Below, one piece after another: positions 1 to 9,644 of a DNA stretch of 64,000 nucleotides. This DNA is from Verrucomicrobiaceae bacterium (lineage in GTDB: Bacteria > Verrucomicrobiota > Verrucomicrobiia > Verrucomicrobiales > Akkermansiaceae): positions 128,001-192,000 of the forward strand of contig JBPOGH010000005.1 of assembly GCA_051252135.1 (NCBI GenBank), written 5' to 3'. The notes under the pieces are model-generated. The model did no database searches. It was not told where the DNA came from and saw only the letters and a program-made list of their open reading frames with translations. The position numbers and the translations under genes are program-made. The number at the start of each line of letters is the position of its first letter. The first letter of the stretch is position 1.

Positions 1-1
1 A

Positions 2-532
2 ACTGTTCTGATAACGCCGCTGAAGACCGCACACCACCTTCAGATTTTTCTCGTCCGCCTTCTTGGCAGCCGCCAGCACCTGACGGATTCCCGGAGCATC
101 CGTCGCCACCGGTTTTTCCATAAAGACATGCTTCCCCTGCTCCACCGCATACTCAAAATGCTGCGGACGAAAGCCCGGACTCGTCGTCAAGATCACCACC
201 TCGGCCGCATCAATCGCCGCCCGATATCCGTCGAAGCCATCAAAAATCCGCTCCGCAGGCACATCCACCCGGTCCCCAAAGTTCTTCTTCAATCCCGCAA
301 CCGTTCGCTCGGCATTGTCCCGAAAGGCATCACAAACTGCCACAATCCGGGTTCCACCCGCATTCAAAGTCTGCGTGGCAGCTCCCTGACCACGACCACC
401 GCAGCCAATCAAGGCCACTTTGATGTCATCATTGGCGGAATTCTGGGCAAAACCACCAAGAGGTAGCGTGGCAGCGAAAGCTCCTCCTGTTTTCAGGAGA
501 GCACGACGATTAGGTACAACGGAATCGTTCAT
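2..532 (-). CDS. Gfo/Idh/MocA family oxidoreductase with Tat signal (3' end runs off the window)
   Basis: Manual translation from ATG at 532: MNDSVVPNRRALLKTGG...VALIGCGGRG...GKHVFMEKPVA. Twin-arginine leader, Rossmann motif and EKP motif. Absent from the ORF track because it is partial. Confidence 0.9.
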   Translation of the reverse strand, partial: MNDSVVPNRRALLKTGGAFAATLPLGGFAQNSANDDIKVALIGCGGRGQGAATQTLNAGGTRIVAVCDAFRDNAERTVAGLKKNFGDRVDVPAERIFDGFDGYRAAIDAAEVVILTTSPGFRPQHFEYAVEQGKHVFMEKPVATDAPGIRQVLAAAKKADEKNLKVVCGLQRRYQNS

Positions 533-572
533 AAATTGAAGGTTCCCCTCTTACGGACCTCACCGCAACGAT

Positions 573-1034
573 TTATCGAATAAGCTCGTCTTCGTAGACC
601 ACGGTTAGCCCCGCTTGATTCAGCATCGACGCCCCAAACTCCGCATCTTCAAGATGCATCGCCAGCAAGGCATGCCCCTGATGCTGCACCAATAAGGAAA
701 AAGCGTAGTCCAAATTGGTCTCAGCCTCATGCAGGGTCGAGAGGCATTTCTTCACATCACCCCCGCACTCCCTCATCTTCACCACCACCAACTCTGAAAG
801 AGTATACGCTATCCCTTGTTCCGCAAAAAGCTCCTCCGCCGCATCCGGATCACTCAATACCAACCGCGCCACCGTCGCATCACTCGAATCCTGCACCGAC
901 ACGCCAATCACATCGATCTCCCGCCTCCCAAGGAGTTTCGCCAGAGCACAAAACGCTCCCACCCTGTTCGGGAGCATCACAGAGAACTGTCTGACATACT
1001 GCCTTTTCCGGCTGATTTGCTCGGTCCCTTCCAT
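573..1034 (-). CDS. Tandem ACT-domain protein
   Basis: QFSVMLPNRVGAF...SVQDSSDATVARLV...NLDYAFSLL is a typical 2xACT pattern. Start chosen at MEGTEQ, 8 nt after TTGCTC-17-TAATCT. Confidence 0.75.
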   Translation of the reverse strand: MEGTEQISRKRQYVRQFSVMLPNRVGAFCALAKLLGRREIDVIGVSVQDSSDATVARLVLSDPDAAEELFAEQGIAYTLSELVVVKMRECGGDVKKCLSTLHEAETNLDYAFSLLVQHQGHALLAMHLEDAEFGASMLNQAGLTVVYEDELIR

Positions 1035-1110
1035 CCGCGCCCAGATTAACAGATTCATCTCCTCGGAGCAATCCGCTTGTCTCGGAAGCAAAAATCCGCT
1101 TTTCAGAGCC

Positions 1111-1896
1111 GTGACCGATGATTTCCAATCCCGCTTCGGCGGTATCGCACGCCTCTACGGAATCTCTGCTCTGGAGAAATTCTCCCAAAGTCATGTCATG
1201 ATCATCGGACTCGGCGGCGTGGGCTCCTGGGCCGCCGAATCTCTCGCCCGGTCGGGGATTGGCACCTTCTCTCTCGTCGATCTCGACGACCTCTGCCTCA
1301 CCAATATCAACCGGCAAATTCACGCCACCGCAGACACCATCGGCAAATCAAAAGCCACCATCATGGCCGATCGCATCCGGGCCATCAACCCGGATGCCAC
1401 CTGCCACGTCCACCAATGCTTCTACAGCGAGCGCACCTCCGACGAACTCCTTTCCCACACCCCTCCCCACCTCGTCATCGACGCCATCGACTCATCTCGT
1501 GACAAGGTCCATCTCCTCGCCACCTGCCGCGCCAAAAACATCCCCGTCATCACCAGCGGAGGTGCCGGCGGCCGCCGAAAAGCCACCGAAATCAAAATCG
1601 ACGACCTCTCCCGCGCACACGGCGACTCCCTCCTCAGCAACGTCCGCCGCCACCTTCGCGCCCGCTATCGCTTCCCCGAACAAAAAAAGAAGGGCGGAAA
1701 ATTTAAAATCGCAGCCGTCTTCTCTCCGGAACAACGCCTCTTCCCCCAATGCGATGGCGAAACCTCCATCAACCGGCCCGAAGGGCTCACTGGGGGAATG
1801 AAATGCGATTCCGGCTACGGAGCGGCCACCCACCTCACCGCCACCTTCGGAAATCTCATGGCCGAATGGGCGCTTGAAACCCTTGCGACCGCTTAA
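1111..1896 (+). CDS. tcdA: tRNA threonylcarbamoyladenosine dehydratase (ThiF family)
   Basis: RFGGIARLYG, GLGGVGSWAAESLARSG, TNINRQ, SGGAGG, C-terminal CDSGYG..TATFG. GTG start at 1111 inside ORF 715..1896. Confidence 0.88.
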   Translation: MTDDFQSRFGGIARLYGISALEKFSQSHVMIIGLGGVGSWAAESLARSGIGTFSLVDLDDLCLTNINRQIHATADTIGKSKATIMADRIRAINPDATCHVHQCFYSERTSDELLSHTPPHLVIDAIDSSRDKVHLLATCRAKNIPVITSGGAGGRRKATEIKIDDLSRAHGDSLLSNVRRHLRARYRFPEQKKKGGKFKIAAVFSPEQRLFPQCDGETSINRPEGLTGGMKCDSGYGAATHLTATFGNLMAEWALETLATA

Positions 1897-2027
1897 AAGC
1901 AGCCCCCCGCACGGAGAAAGTTCTTCTTTCAAAAAAAATCTCTTATCCTGCGCCCTGAAATCTGCTTGTATTACAGATCGAGCATGGAAGATCAGATCTA
2001 AAATGCAGAACCACACAAACCACTGTA

Positions 2028-3815
2028 ATGATTAACAAAATCCTCAACCCGGTCATCACCGGACTCATCACGGCCAGCAGCCTGTATGCCGCCGAGGTCA
2101 CTATCTTCGAAGAAGACTTCGAGGGTGCTGGCGACGCGCTTGTATCTGGCGGAGCAGTCACCACCACAACCCTCGTCGCAGACCCCCAGGCAGGCGGAAC
2201 ACGCGGGACCGTCATGGAACTCTCACTTGATGGCACCGCCCAATGGGCCGGCCTCAATACCGTCCCACTGCGAATCGGACTCCTCCCACTCGGAATCGCC
2301 CCCGGAACCGATACCTACGAGTTCACCGCTGATGTCTACGTCCCCTCCACCACCACCTTGGCGGTCGATGACACCACCGGACTGCGGATTCGCTGGACTG
2401 ACGCCGACGAGACCGGAAAAACCGAGCCCGCTTTCCAAAAGAGACTCGATGATCCCATCTTCATTCGCGATCAGTGGGTTACCCTCACTCTCAGCGGAAA
2501 CATCCCCGCAACCTTCGGCACTGCCGGGGGCGCAACCACCCACATCCGCCCCATCTACTCGGTTCAGGATGTCGGCGTCAATGCCGTGAGCGGAACAGCC
2601 ATCTACCTGGATAACGTCAAGATCATCGCCACCACCGCGGGCGAGGACCCCAACCTGTTTGGCTCCAACACATCCAAATTCGGGATCGTTGCTCCAGGCA
2701 CCACCGAAACCAGAACCTACTCCCTCTCCAACACCGGAGTTTCCAATGACCTCGTCATCTCGGAAGGGGCTCTTTCAGGTCCGGGTAGTGCCAACTTCAC
2801 CGTCAACACCACCTTCCCTCTGACCATCGCTCCCGGCGGCAGTGCGGATATCGAGGTTGTCTTTGACAGCTCCACCGGAGTCGGGGCCTATGCCGCGGCA
2901 CTGGACCTCACCACCAACGACGCCACCGACCCAACCTACTCACTCTCACTCTCCTCGATCATCTTCGAGCACGACCCCACCTCCGAAGAGCTCATCATCA
3001 ATGGTGACTTCGAAGCAGGAAGCACTGTCGGATTCGGATCAGGTCAGAAGTTTGAAATCTTGACCGCTCCCACTGACCCGGTTCATGCCGGAAACTTCGC
3101 AGCGTCCTACACCCTCCCCGGTGGAAACCAGTGGGGAAGCTTCGAACTCAATCAACCCTCCCCTCCTGCTGTCGAGGGAATGGCAAATCGCGTCATCATC
3201 ACTCCGGAAATGATCGGACGTCCCTACAAGTTCTCTTGCTGGTACTACCGCCCCGCGACCGATGGCATCGCCGACGATGACTTGGTTCAGTTCATCATGC
3301 GTTGGAATGGCCTCACGCCGGACAGTGCTCCCTTCTTCTCCTATTCCGGTGCTGATCTTGGCGCCGATACCTGGGTCGAATACATCGAGGAAGGAATCGT
3401 TCCTGCCACCTGGCCTGAAAACGATCCCGCTGGCGTTCCTGTCGACTCCGCACACCTGATCTTTAGCTTCAGGGATGTTGACACCAACGCCGTGGGAACC
3501 GAACGCGTCTTCATCGATGACTTGAGCTTCACCGTAGACCTTCCTGAGGTCATCGTGGTGGTCTACCCGGAAATCACCAACATCGCTCGCGACCAGTTCT
3601 CCGGTGCCTCCACCTTCTCCTGGACCACCGCGCCCAATCAGACCTACATCGTCGAATTTAGCGCTGATCTGGTCAACTGGGTCGAACTCGAAGACGAGCT
3701 TCCCGCTTCAACTGAAGGTGATTCCACCACCTACACCGACTCAACCTCTGATGAAGATGAAGTGCGGTTCTACCGCGTCATCCTGAATAACGCTCCGGCC
3801 CCTCCGGCTGAGTAA
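2028..3815 (+). CDS. Secreted protein with CBM-like beta-sandwich domains, an Ig-like (choice-of-anchor D/ASH-like) domain and a C-terminal SxDLxNW...FYRV domain
   Basis: Signal peptide; LSNTG..DLVI...FPLTIAPGGS...LTTND; LIINGDFEAG CBM-like start; C-terminal YIVEFSADLVNW...RFYRV. Confidence 0.65.
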   Translation: MINKILNPVITGLITASSLYAAEVTIFEEDFEGAGDALVSGGAVTTTTLVADPQAGGTRGTVMELSLDGTAQWAGLNTVPLRIGLLPLGIAPGTDTYEFTADVYVPSTTTLAVDDTTGLRIRWTDADETGKTEPAFQKRLDDPIFIRDQWVTLTLSGNIPATFGTAGGATTHIRPIYSVQDVGVNAVSGTAIYLDNVKIIATTAGEDPNLFGSNTSKFGIVAPGTTETRTYSLSNTGVSNDLVISEGALSGPGSANFTVNTTFPLTIAPGGSADIEVVFDSSTGVGAYAAALDLTTNDATDPTYSLSLSSIIFEHDPTSEELIINGDFEAGSTVGFGSGQKFEILTAPTDPVHAGNFAASYTLPGGNQWGSFELNQPSPPAVEGMANRVIITPEMIGRPYKFSCWYYRPATDGIADDDLVQFIMRWNGLTPDSAPFFSYSGADLGADTWVEYIEEGIVPATWPENDPAGVPVDSAHLIFSFRDVDTNAVGTERVFIDDLSFTVDLPEVIVVVYPEITNIARDQFSGASTFSWTTAPNQTYIVEFSADLVNWVELEDELPASTEGDSTTYTDSTSDEDEVRFYRVILNNAPAPPAE

Positions 3816-3842
3816 TTCATCCGGTTCGGATAAATTATCCCC

Positions 3843-3875
3843 AAAGCGATCCGGCTCCGGCCGGGTCGCTTTTTT
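3843..3875 (+). terminator. Intrinsic terminator of the 2028..3815 gene
   Basis: AAAGCGATCCGGC-TCCG-GCCGGGTCGCTTT followed by a T run. Confidence 0.8.
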
Positions 3876-3898
3876 ATTCCCCGCGACTCATGGACACC

Positions 3899-3930
3899 AA
3901 AAAGGCGACCCCCATCGGAGGCCGCCTTTT
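3899..3930 (-). terminator. Intrinsic terminator of rpmJ
   Basis: AAAAAGGCG...CGCCTTTT hairpin just downstream of the rpmJ stop. Confidence 0.65.
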
Positions 3931-3953
3931 CGAAAAGTTAAAGGTGGTAAAAC

Positions 3954-4118
3954 CTAGTTCACGCCCTTCTTGGACATCTTGGTGCCTTTCGTGGCTCCTT
4001 GACGCGCCTTGAAGCGTGGATTGGTTTTGTTAATGACGTAAAGAGTGCCCTTACGCTTCACAACTTGACAGTCAGCGTGGCGGCGTTTGGCGGAAGCGAG
4101 GGAAGAAAGTACTTTCAT
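3954..4118 (-). CDS. rpmJ: 50S ribosomal protein L36, type B (zinc-ribbon-less), with a basic C-terminal extension
   Basis: [41 protein letters not shown] matches the YkgO-type L36 consensus. Confidence 0.92.
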   Translation of the reverse strand: MKVLSSLASAKRRHADCQVVKRKGTLYVINKTNPRFKARQGATKGTKMSKKGVN

Positions 4119-4237
4119 GGGACCTGCGGTTGGAGGCGGGAGACTAGACCCCGATTCCACCATGTAAAGCCCATTCCACAGAAAAATTCGTATTCAAAGC
4201 CCCCCCGTCATGGTTCACTCCCCCCACGCCTTTACCT

Positions 4238-5263
4238 ATGTCGGAGTCCTATTTCCAAGAAACCGCAAACGCCCCCGAGACCCCACTCGATCTCACCCTC
4301 CGCCCCCCCGGGTTCGAGGACTTCCACGGCCAGGAAAAAGTCACCGAACGGCTCATGCTCATGGTCCAGGCCGCAAAACAACGCGATGACGTCCTCGAGC
4401 ACGTCCTCCTCTCCGGCCCCCCGGGACTCGGTAAAACCACCCTCGCCAACATTGTCGCCGCCTCCGTCGGCACCACCCTTCACACCACCTCCGGCCCCCA
4501 GATCGAAAAAGCGGCCGATCTCGCCGGCATCCTCACCAACCTCCAGCGCGGCGATCTCCTCTTCATCGACGAAATCCACCGCCTCCACCCCGCCATCGAG
4601 GAATACCTCTACCCCGCCATGGAAGACTTCCGGCTCGATATCATCATCGACTCCGGCCCCTCCGCCCGCTCCATCCAGCTCCAGCTCCCAAAATTTACCC
4701 TCGTCGGCGCCACCACCCGCTCCGGCATGCTCACCTCCCCTCTCCGCTCCCGCTTCGGGCTCCTCAACCGGCTCGATTACTACACCCACGAACAACTCGC
4801 CTTCATCATCGAGCGCTCCGCCTCCATCCTTGATCTCACCCTCGATTCCGAAGGAGCCCTCGAAATCGCCCGCCGCTCCCGCGGCACCCCCCGCATCGCC
4901 AACAACCTCCTCCGCTGGGTCCGCGACTTCGCCCAGGTCCGCTCCGATGGCGCCATCACCGCTCCCATCGCCAACGACGCCCTCGCCATGATCGAGATCG
5001 ACCAGGACGGCCTCGACGAAATGGACAAACGTCTCCTCGAGGTCATGATCTATAAATTCGCCGGCGGCCCCGTCGGCCTCTCCTCCCTCGCCGTCGCCGT
5101 CGGAGAGGACGCCTCCACCCTCGAAGAAGTCCACGAGCCCTTCCTCATCATGCAAGGATTCGTCAAACGCACCCCCCGCGGCCGTGTCGCCATGCCCGCC
5201 GCCTATCAAAAAATCGGCGCTCCCGAACCCTCAGACCCCTCCGGCCAACAAAACCTTCTCTAG
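4238..5263 (+). CDS. ruvB: Holliday junction branch migration helicase RuvB
   Basis: [49 protein letters not shown]. Confidence 0.97.
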   Translation: MSESYFQETANAPETPLDLTLRPPGFEDFHGQEKVTERLMLMVQAAKQRDDVLEHVLLSGPPGLGKTTLANIVAASVGTTLHTTSGPQIEKAADLAGILTNLQRGDLLFIDEIHRLHPAIEEYLYPAMEDFRLDIIIDSGPSARSIQLQLPKFTLVGATTRSGMLTSPLRSRFGLLNRLDYYTHEQLAFIIERSASILDLTLDSEGALEIARRSRGTPRIANNLLRWVRDFAQVRSDGAITAPIANDALAMIEIDQDGLDEMDKRLLEVMIYKFAGGPVGLSSLAVAVGEDASTLEEVHEPFLIMQGFVKRTPRGRVAMPAAYQKIGAPEPSDPSGQQNLL

Positions 5264-5265
5264 CA

Positions 5266-5691
5266 ATGTCCCTCCACACAGACCTCCTCGAAAGGGCCAA
5301 ATCCTCCGGCCTCCGGCGCACCAAAGCCCTCGAAGCCATCCTCACCTGCCTCGCCGACCACAACCGGCCCATGACTCTCGCCGAGCTCACTTCCTGCGGA
5401 CACCTCTCCGAGCAATGCGATAAGGCCACCGTCTTCCGCCTCCTCCAGCGCCTCAGTGACAAAGGAATGGTCCGCCGCCTCGGCCTCCACGAGCGCGCCG
5501 CCTACTTCACCCTCCTCATCCCCGGCGTCCACCGCGACTACCTCATCTGCACCGAGTGCGGCACCATCGAGCCCATCAACGCCCCCTGCCCCGTTCATCA
5601 GCTCCAAAAAGAAATCCAAAAGGAAACCGGCTTCCAAAACCTCTACCACGAGCTCGAATTCTTCGGCACCTGCCCCTCCTGCTCCGCCTAA
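5266..5691 (+). CDS. Fur family transcriptional regulator
   Basis: GLRRT, ATVFRLL HTH, LICTECG and FFGTCPSC zinc-site cysteines. Confidence 0.85.
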   Translation: MSLHTDLLERAKSSGLRRTKALEAILTCLADHNRPMTLAELTSCGHLSEQCDKATVFRLLQRLSDKGMVRRLGLHERAAYFTLLIPGVHRDYLICTECGTIEPINAPCPVHQLQKEIQKETGFQNLYHELEFFGTCPSCSA

Positions 5692-6320
5692 ATTTTCTCC
5701 AGCCACTCCCCGGTCGCATAACGTCCGCTGAGATCCTTCGGAAAAGACGCATCCCAGTCGATGACGTCCTCCGCCAAAAACCTCTCCAGCCCCCCGATCT
5801 CCCCCAGCACACTCCCCTGGTGCAAAATCCCCTCCCGGCTTCGCCGCTGCCCGGCCCCCGCCACCTTCTGCCCGCCATCCAGAATATCCCACTGCACCGG
5901 ATTCTCAAAACACGCCGCCGATCCCCCCCCCGAATCCTTCCCCGCCAGCTCACCCCCCGCTCCATTCGCCCGCAAGCAGGCCGCCACCGCCCGGTGAATC
6001 GCACAATAACTCTCCCCACCTCGTAGACTGGCCGCTTCTTCAACCCGAGAAATCGCCAGCGTATACGTCCGGTCACCCCGGTGATCCACAATCCCCCCTC
6101 CGGTCCAGCGCCGCACATACGAAACCTCATCCCCAAAAATCCTCTTCGCCTCCGCCAGCGATTGAAAACACCCCAAACTCACCCAATCCCCCTCCCACTC
6201 ATAAATTCTCAAAATCGGCCCCTCACCCACCTGCGACATCAACCACTCATCCAACGCCATATTCTCCGGACCCGACCTCGGAACCGAATCCTTCCAAACT
6301 CGCAGCGATTGAAAAAGCAC
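5688..6320 (-). CDS. Lipoate-protein ligase A family protein
   Basis: NMALDEWL, LRIYEW, VRRWTGGGIVDH, KVAGAGQRR, ILHQGS. Start uncertain (GTG 6320; ORF extends to 6359). Confidence 0.82.
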   Translation of the reverse strand: MLFQSLRVWKDSVPRSGPENMALDEWLMSQVGEGPILRIYEWEGDWVSLGCFQSLAEAKRIFGDEVSYVRRWTGGGIVDHRGDRTYTLAISRVEEAASLRGGESYCAIHRAVAACLRANGAGGELAGKDSGGGSAACFENPVQWDILDGGQKVAGAGQRRSREGILHQGSVLGEIGGLERFLAEDVIDWDASFPKDLSGRYATGEWLEKI

Positions 6321-6373
6321 CCCCTCATCACACTCCCCCTTGCGCCCTGAGCAAGCCAAAGTATCCTCCCGAC

Positions 6374-7192
6374 ATGACTTTTTCGCCCAAGCCCCGCGCC
6401 GCCCTCCTCATCGTCGGCCACGGCTCCACCGAAAACCCGGACTCCTCCGCTCCTTACTTCGACCACGCCCGCGAAATCAGAAACCGCAACCTCTTCGCCG
6501 AGGTCCACTGCTGCTTCTGGAAAGAGGAACCCTCCATGCGCGAAGCCCTCTACATGATCGATGCTGACGAAGTCTACGTCGTCCCCGACTTCATCTCCGA
6601 AGGCTACTTCACCCAGGATGTCATCCCGCGTGAACTCGAGCTCACCGGCCCCACCACTCAAGTTCACGGAAAAACCATCCACTACTGTGATCCCGTCGGC
6701 ATCCACCCCTCCATGACCTCTCTCATCCTCCAGCGCACCGCCGAAGTCGCCCCCGGAGTCCCCCAGGAGGAATCCACCCTCTTCATCGTCGGCCACGGCA
6801 CCGGACTGAACAAAAACTCCACCAAGGCCATCCGCGATCAGGTCGAGCTCATCCGCACCCTCCCTGACAACCACTTCGCCGCCGTCGAGGACACCTACAT
6901 GGAAGAGCCTCCCTTCATCGCCGATTGGGCCAAAATCGCAGAGACCCCCAACGCCATCGTCGTCCCCTTCTTCATCGCCGACGGCCTCCACAGCTACCAG
7001 GACATCCCCGTCATGCTCGGCTTCGAAAAAGATGAAGGCGAAGCCGCCAGCCAAAAAGAAGTCTTCCGCCGCAACCCCTACCAAATCCGCGGAAAAACCC
7101 TCTACTACTCCGCCGCCATCGGCACCGAACCCCTCATGGCCGACGTCATCCTCGACCAAATCACCACCTTCGACACCACCCACCTCTCCTGA
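6374..7192 (+). CDS. Tandem CbiX/SirB-type chelatase-domain protein (DR2241 N-terminal-like)
   Basis: Two repeats: IVGHGS...FWKEEP...VVPDFISEGYF and IVGHGT...YMEEPP...VVPFFIADGLHSYQDIP. Confidence 0.8.
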   Translation: MTFSPKPRAALLIVGHGSTENPDSSAPYFDHAREIRNRNLFAEVHCCFWKEEPSMREALYMIDADEVYVVPDFISEGYFTQDVIPRELELTGPTTQVHGKTIHYCDPVGIHPSMTSLILQRTAEVAPGVPQEESTLFIVGHGTGLNKNSTKAIRDQVELIRTLPDNHFAAVEDTYMEEPPFIADWAKIAETPNAIVVPFFIADGLHSYQDIPVMLGFEKDEGEAASQKEVFRRNPYQIRGKTLYYSAAIGTEPLMADVILDQITTFDTTHLS

Positions 7193-7195
7193 AAA

Positions 7196-7855
7196 ATGTC
7201 ACTCAATCAAACCCTCAACGAGGCGCTCGAAAGCGGCATCAACCAAATCGGCCAGCTCCGTATCCTCCGCGATCACCCCGCCGCCCCCATCGTCCTCTGT
7301 CACCTCGATGACCTCGAAAATGTGACCGCCAACGAACTCTCCTCACTTTCCACTCACACCGACCCCGACGCCGCCCGCGAGCTCGGCCTCTACACTCCCC
7401 AGGGAGAATACCGCTTCACCAAGGGCGAACTCTCCCTTCCCTCCGGATGGGTCTTCCTCCTCCAAAATATCGACGAACTCCGCCGCACCCTCGACCTCTT
7501 CTACCCCGCCTCCCTCGGCCTCTGGAAAGCCTGGCAGGACGGAACCATCCGCATTCAAAATCTCCGCGATAAGCTCAACCGCCAATCCGGCATGTACCGC
7601 CACAGCCGAAATGTCTCGGACCCCGGCGCCCAGCACCTCGTCAAAACCCTCTGCGGCCCCGCCAACAAGTGCGTTAAAAAAATCCTCTGGCAAATCGACG
7701 AAAACACCCCGCTCGAGCCCAGCGAAGCCTCACAATTCGACGGCACCCTCCCCGGCGGAAACGCCATCCCCCTCGTCTGCCAGGAAGCCTGTAACTTCTT
7801 CGTCGCCGAATGCCGCAAGCAGTCCAAAAAGGAATTCGAGGAATCCCAGGTGTAA
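7196..7855 (+). CDS. DR2241-family C-terminal-domain protein (putative Fe-S)
   Basis: GEYR...LPSGW, LDLFYPA, RQSGMYR, C..C..ILW and CQEACNFFVAECR motifs. Confidence 0.7.
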   Translation: MSLNQTLNEALESGINQIGQLRILRDHPAAPIVLCHLDDLENVTANELSSLSTHTDPDAARELGLYTPQGEYRFTKGELSLPSGWVFLLQNIDELRRTLDLFYPASLGLWKAWQDGTIRIQNLRDKLNRQSGMYRHSRNVSDPGAQHLVKTLCGPANKCVKKILWQIDENTPLEPSEASQFDGTLPGGNAIPLVCQEACNFFVAECRKQSKKEFEESQV

Positions 7856-7900
7856 AAAACCATTGCCTTTCTCTCCTTCTCCAGTCGGAATCATCTCCGC

Positions 7901-8815
7901 ATGGCAGATTCTCCCGCACTCGTCGTTCTCGCAGCAGGCATGGGCTCCCGTTACGGTGGCCTCAAACAAATGGACCCCATGGGCCCCAACGGTGAAACCG
8001 TCCTCGATTACTCCGTCTTCGACGCCATCCGCGCCGGATTCTCCAAAGTCATTTTCGTCATCCGCGAGGACTTCGCCGATGCCTTCCGCGAAACCGTAGG
8101 TGCCCGCTTCGCTGGAAAAATCGACGTTGCCTACGCCTTCCAGAAACTCGACGACCTCCCCGCCGGATTCTCCGTCCCCGAAGGCCGCGAAAAACCCTGG
8201 GGCACCACCCACGCCATCCGCGCCGCCCGGCACGAGATCGACCGCCCCTTCGCCGTCATCAATGCCGATGACTTCTACGGAAAAGACGCCTACGGACAGG
8301 CTGCCTCCTTCCTCACCAGCAACCCCATCGATGATGGCCTCGCCCACTACGCCCTCGTCGGCTACCAACTCGTCAACACCCTTTCCGATCACGGCTCCGT
8401 CAACCGCGGCATCTGCCAAACCGAAAACAACCTTCTCAAAGGCGTCGAGGAAGTCGTCAACATCGCCCGCAAGGACGACAACGAAATCGAAGGCCGCGCC
8501 CTGGACGGCTCCGCCTGCCTCGTCGCAGAAAATGCCATTGTCTCCATGAACCTCTGGGGATTCCCCGTCAGCTTCCTCGATGAAATCGAGACCCACTTCA
8601 CCCAATTCCTCAAGGACCACGGCACCGAGCCCAAAAGCGAGTGCTACATCCCCACCGTCGTTGATGACCTCATTAACGAAAATGTCGCCGCCTGCCATGT
8701 CCTCGAAACCTCATCCTCCTGGTTCGGCGTCACCTACCCCGAGGACAAACCACACGTCGTCCAAAGCATCCAGACCCTGGTCGACTCCGGCGAATACCCT
8801 TCGCCCCTCGTTTAA
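7901..8815 (+). CDS. Sugar-phosphate nucleotidyltransferase family protein
   Basis: LAAGMGSRYGGLKQ, REKPWGT, INADDFYG, VSMNLWGF, WFGVTY. Confidence 0.9.
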   Translation: MADSPALVVLAAGMGSRYGGLKQMDPMGPNGETVLDYSVFDAIRAGFSKVIFVIREDFADAFRETVGARFAGKIDVAYAFQKLDDLPAGFSVPEGREKPWGTTHAIRAARHEIDRPFAVINADDFYGKDAYGQAASFLTSNPIDDGLAHYALVGYQLVNTLSDHGSVNRGICQTENNLLKGVEEVVNIARKDDNEIEGRALDGSACLVAENAIVSMNLWGFPVSFLDEIETHFTQFLKDHGTEPKSECYIPTVVDDLINENVAACHVLETSSSWFGVTYPEDKPHVVQSIQTLVDSGEYPSPLV

Positions 8816-9543
8816 AAAAGCCGTCCCTGACCGGAACTCTTGATCTCGGGCATCGCCGGGCGCGTCGCCCCGCCGTCTTCGCGCACCCCAAGTGTCGCGA
8901 TCTCATAGATCACCCGCTTCCGGCCCTTCCCCGTCGCCGCAATCTTGCGCACAATCCGCGTGCCCAGAACCTTCTCCATCATCTGCACCTCCATCCGCAC
9001 CGCATTCGGATACACCTCGTAAATCTTCGCGAGAGGATTGTGGAACTCCTCAATCCGGAATCCTGACTCCGGATCGTAGTGACACCGGCTAAACCATCCC
9101 TCCTTGTCCCGCACATCCGCAAGACGCGTCGCCTTCTCCACCATCGATTTCCCCGCCCGCACCTTCGCCAGCCACCGCTCCTGCAACTGATGGAAATGAT
9201 GAAACAGTAACTTCTCCGGAGCCGACTCTCCATAGACCGACTTCACCGATTCCAGCACCGACAAACTCAACTCCACACCCGCCGAGGGAAAAAGCGAATC
9301 ACACTTCCTCGTCAACCGATAAAGCTTTTCCGGCCGCCCCACCTCCTTCTTCTCCCGCGGCACCCGCCACTCCTCCAAATACCCCATCTCCGTAAGCTTC
9401 AGACAATGCTGCTTGATCCCCATGTAACTCTTCCCCAACTCTCGGGACAAATCCGAAATGGGCATCCCGTCCGAGCGCTTCAAAGCTGCCAATATATCGG
9501 CATACGACGAACGCATCGTGTCCTGATGAGCTTGGTCAAACAT
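8812..9543 (-). CDS. Winged-helix transcriptional regulator (SufR/ArsR-like)
   Basis: N-terminal HTH (ISDLSRELGKSYMGIKQHCLKL) and GRPEKLYRLT motif. Confidence 0.7.
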   Translation of the reverse strand: MFDQAHQDTMRSSYADILAALKRSDGMPISDLSRELGKSYMGIKQHCLKLTEMGYLEEWRVPREKKEVGRPEKLYRLTRKCDSLFPSAGVELSLSVLESVKSVYGESAPEKLLFHHFHQLQERWLAKVRAGKSMVEKATRLADVRDKEGWFSRCHYDPESGFRIEEFHNPLAKIYEVYPNAVRMEVQMMEKVLGTRIVRKIAATGKGRKRVIYEIATLGVREDGGATRPAMPEIKSSGQGRLF

Positions 9544-9607
9544 GGGGGGATTGGAAGAATACCCCGAAAATTTATTTAAGACGACCAAAATATCGCCCAA
9601 CCCCCTT

Positions 9608-9635
9608 TTGACAACGCGAAAAAGGGCTCTAGAAT
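9608..9635 (+). promoter_or_regulatory. Sigma70-type promoter of the KamA-family gene
   Basis: TTGACA-16 nt-TAGAAT, 9 nt upstream of the TTG start at 9645. Confidence 0.7.
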
Positions 9636-9644
9636 CCCATCAGT

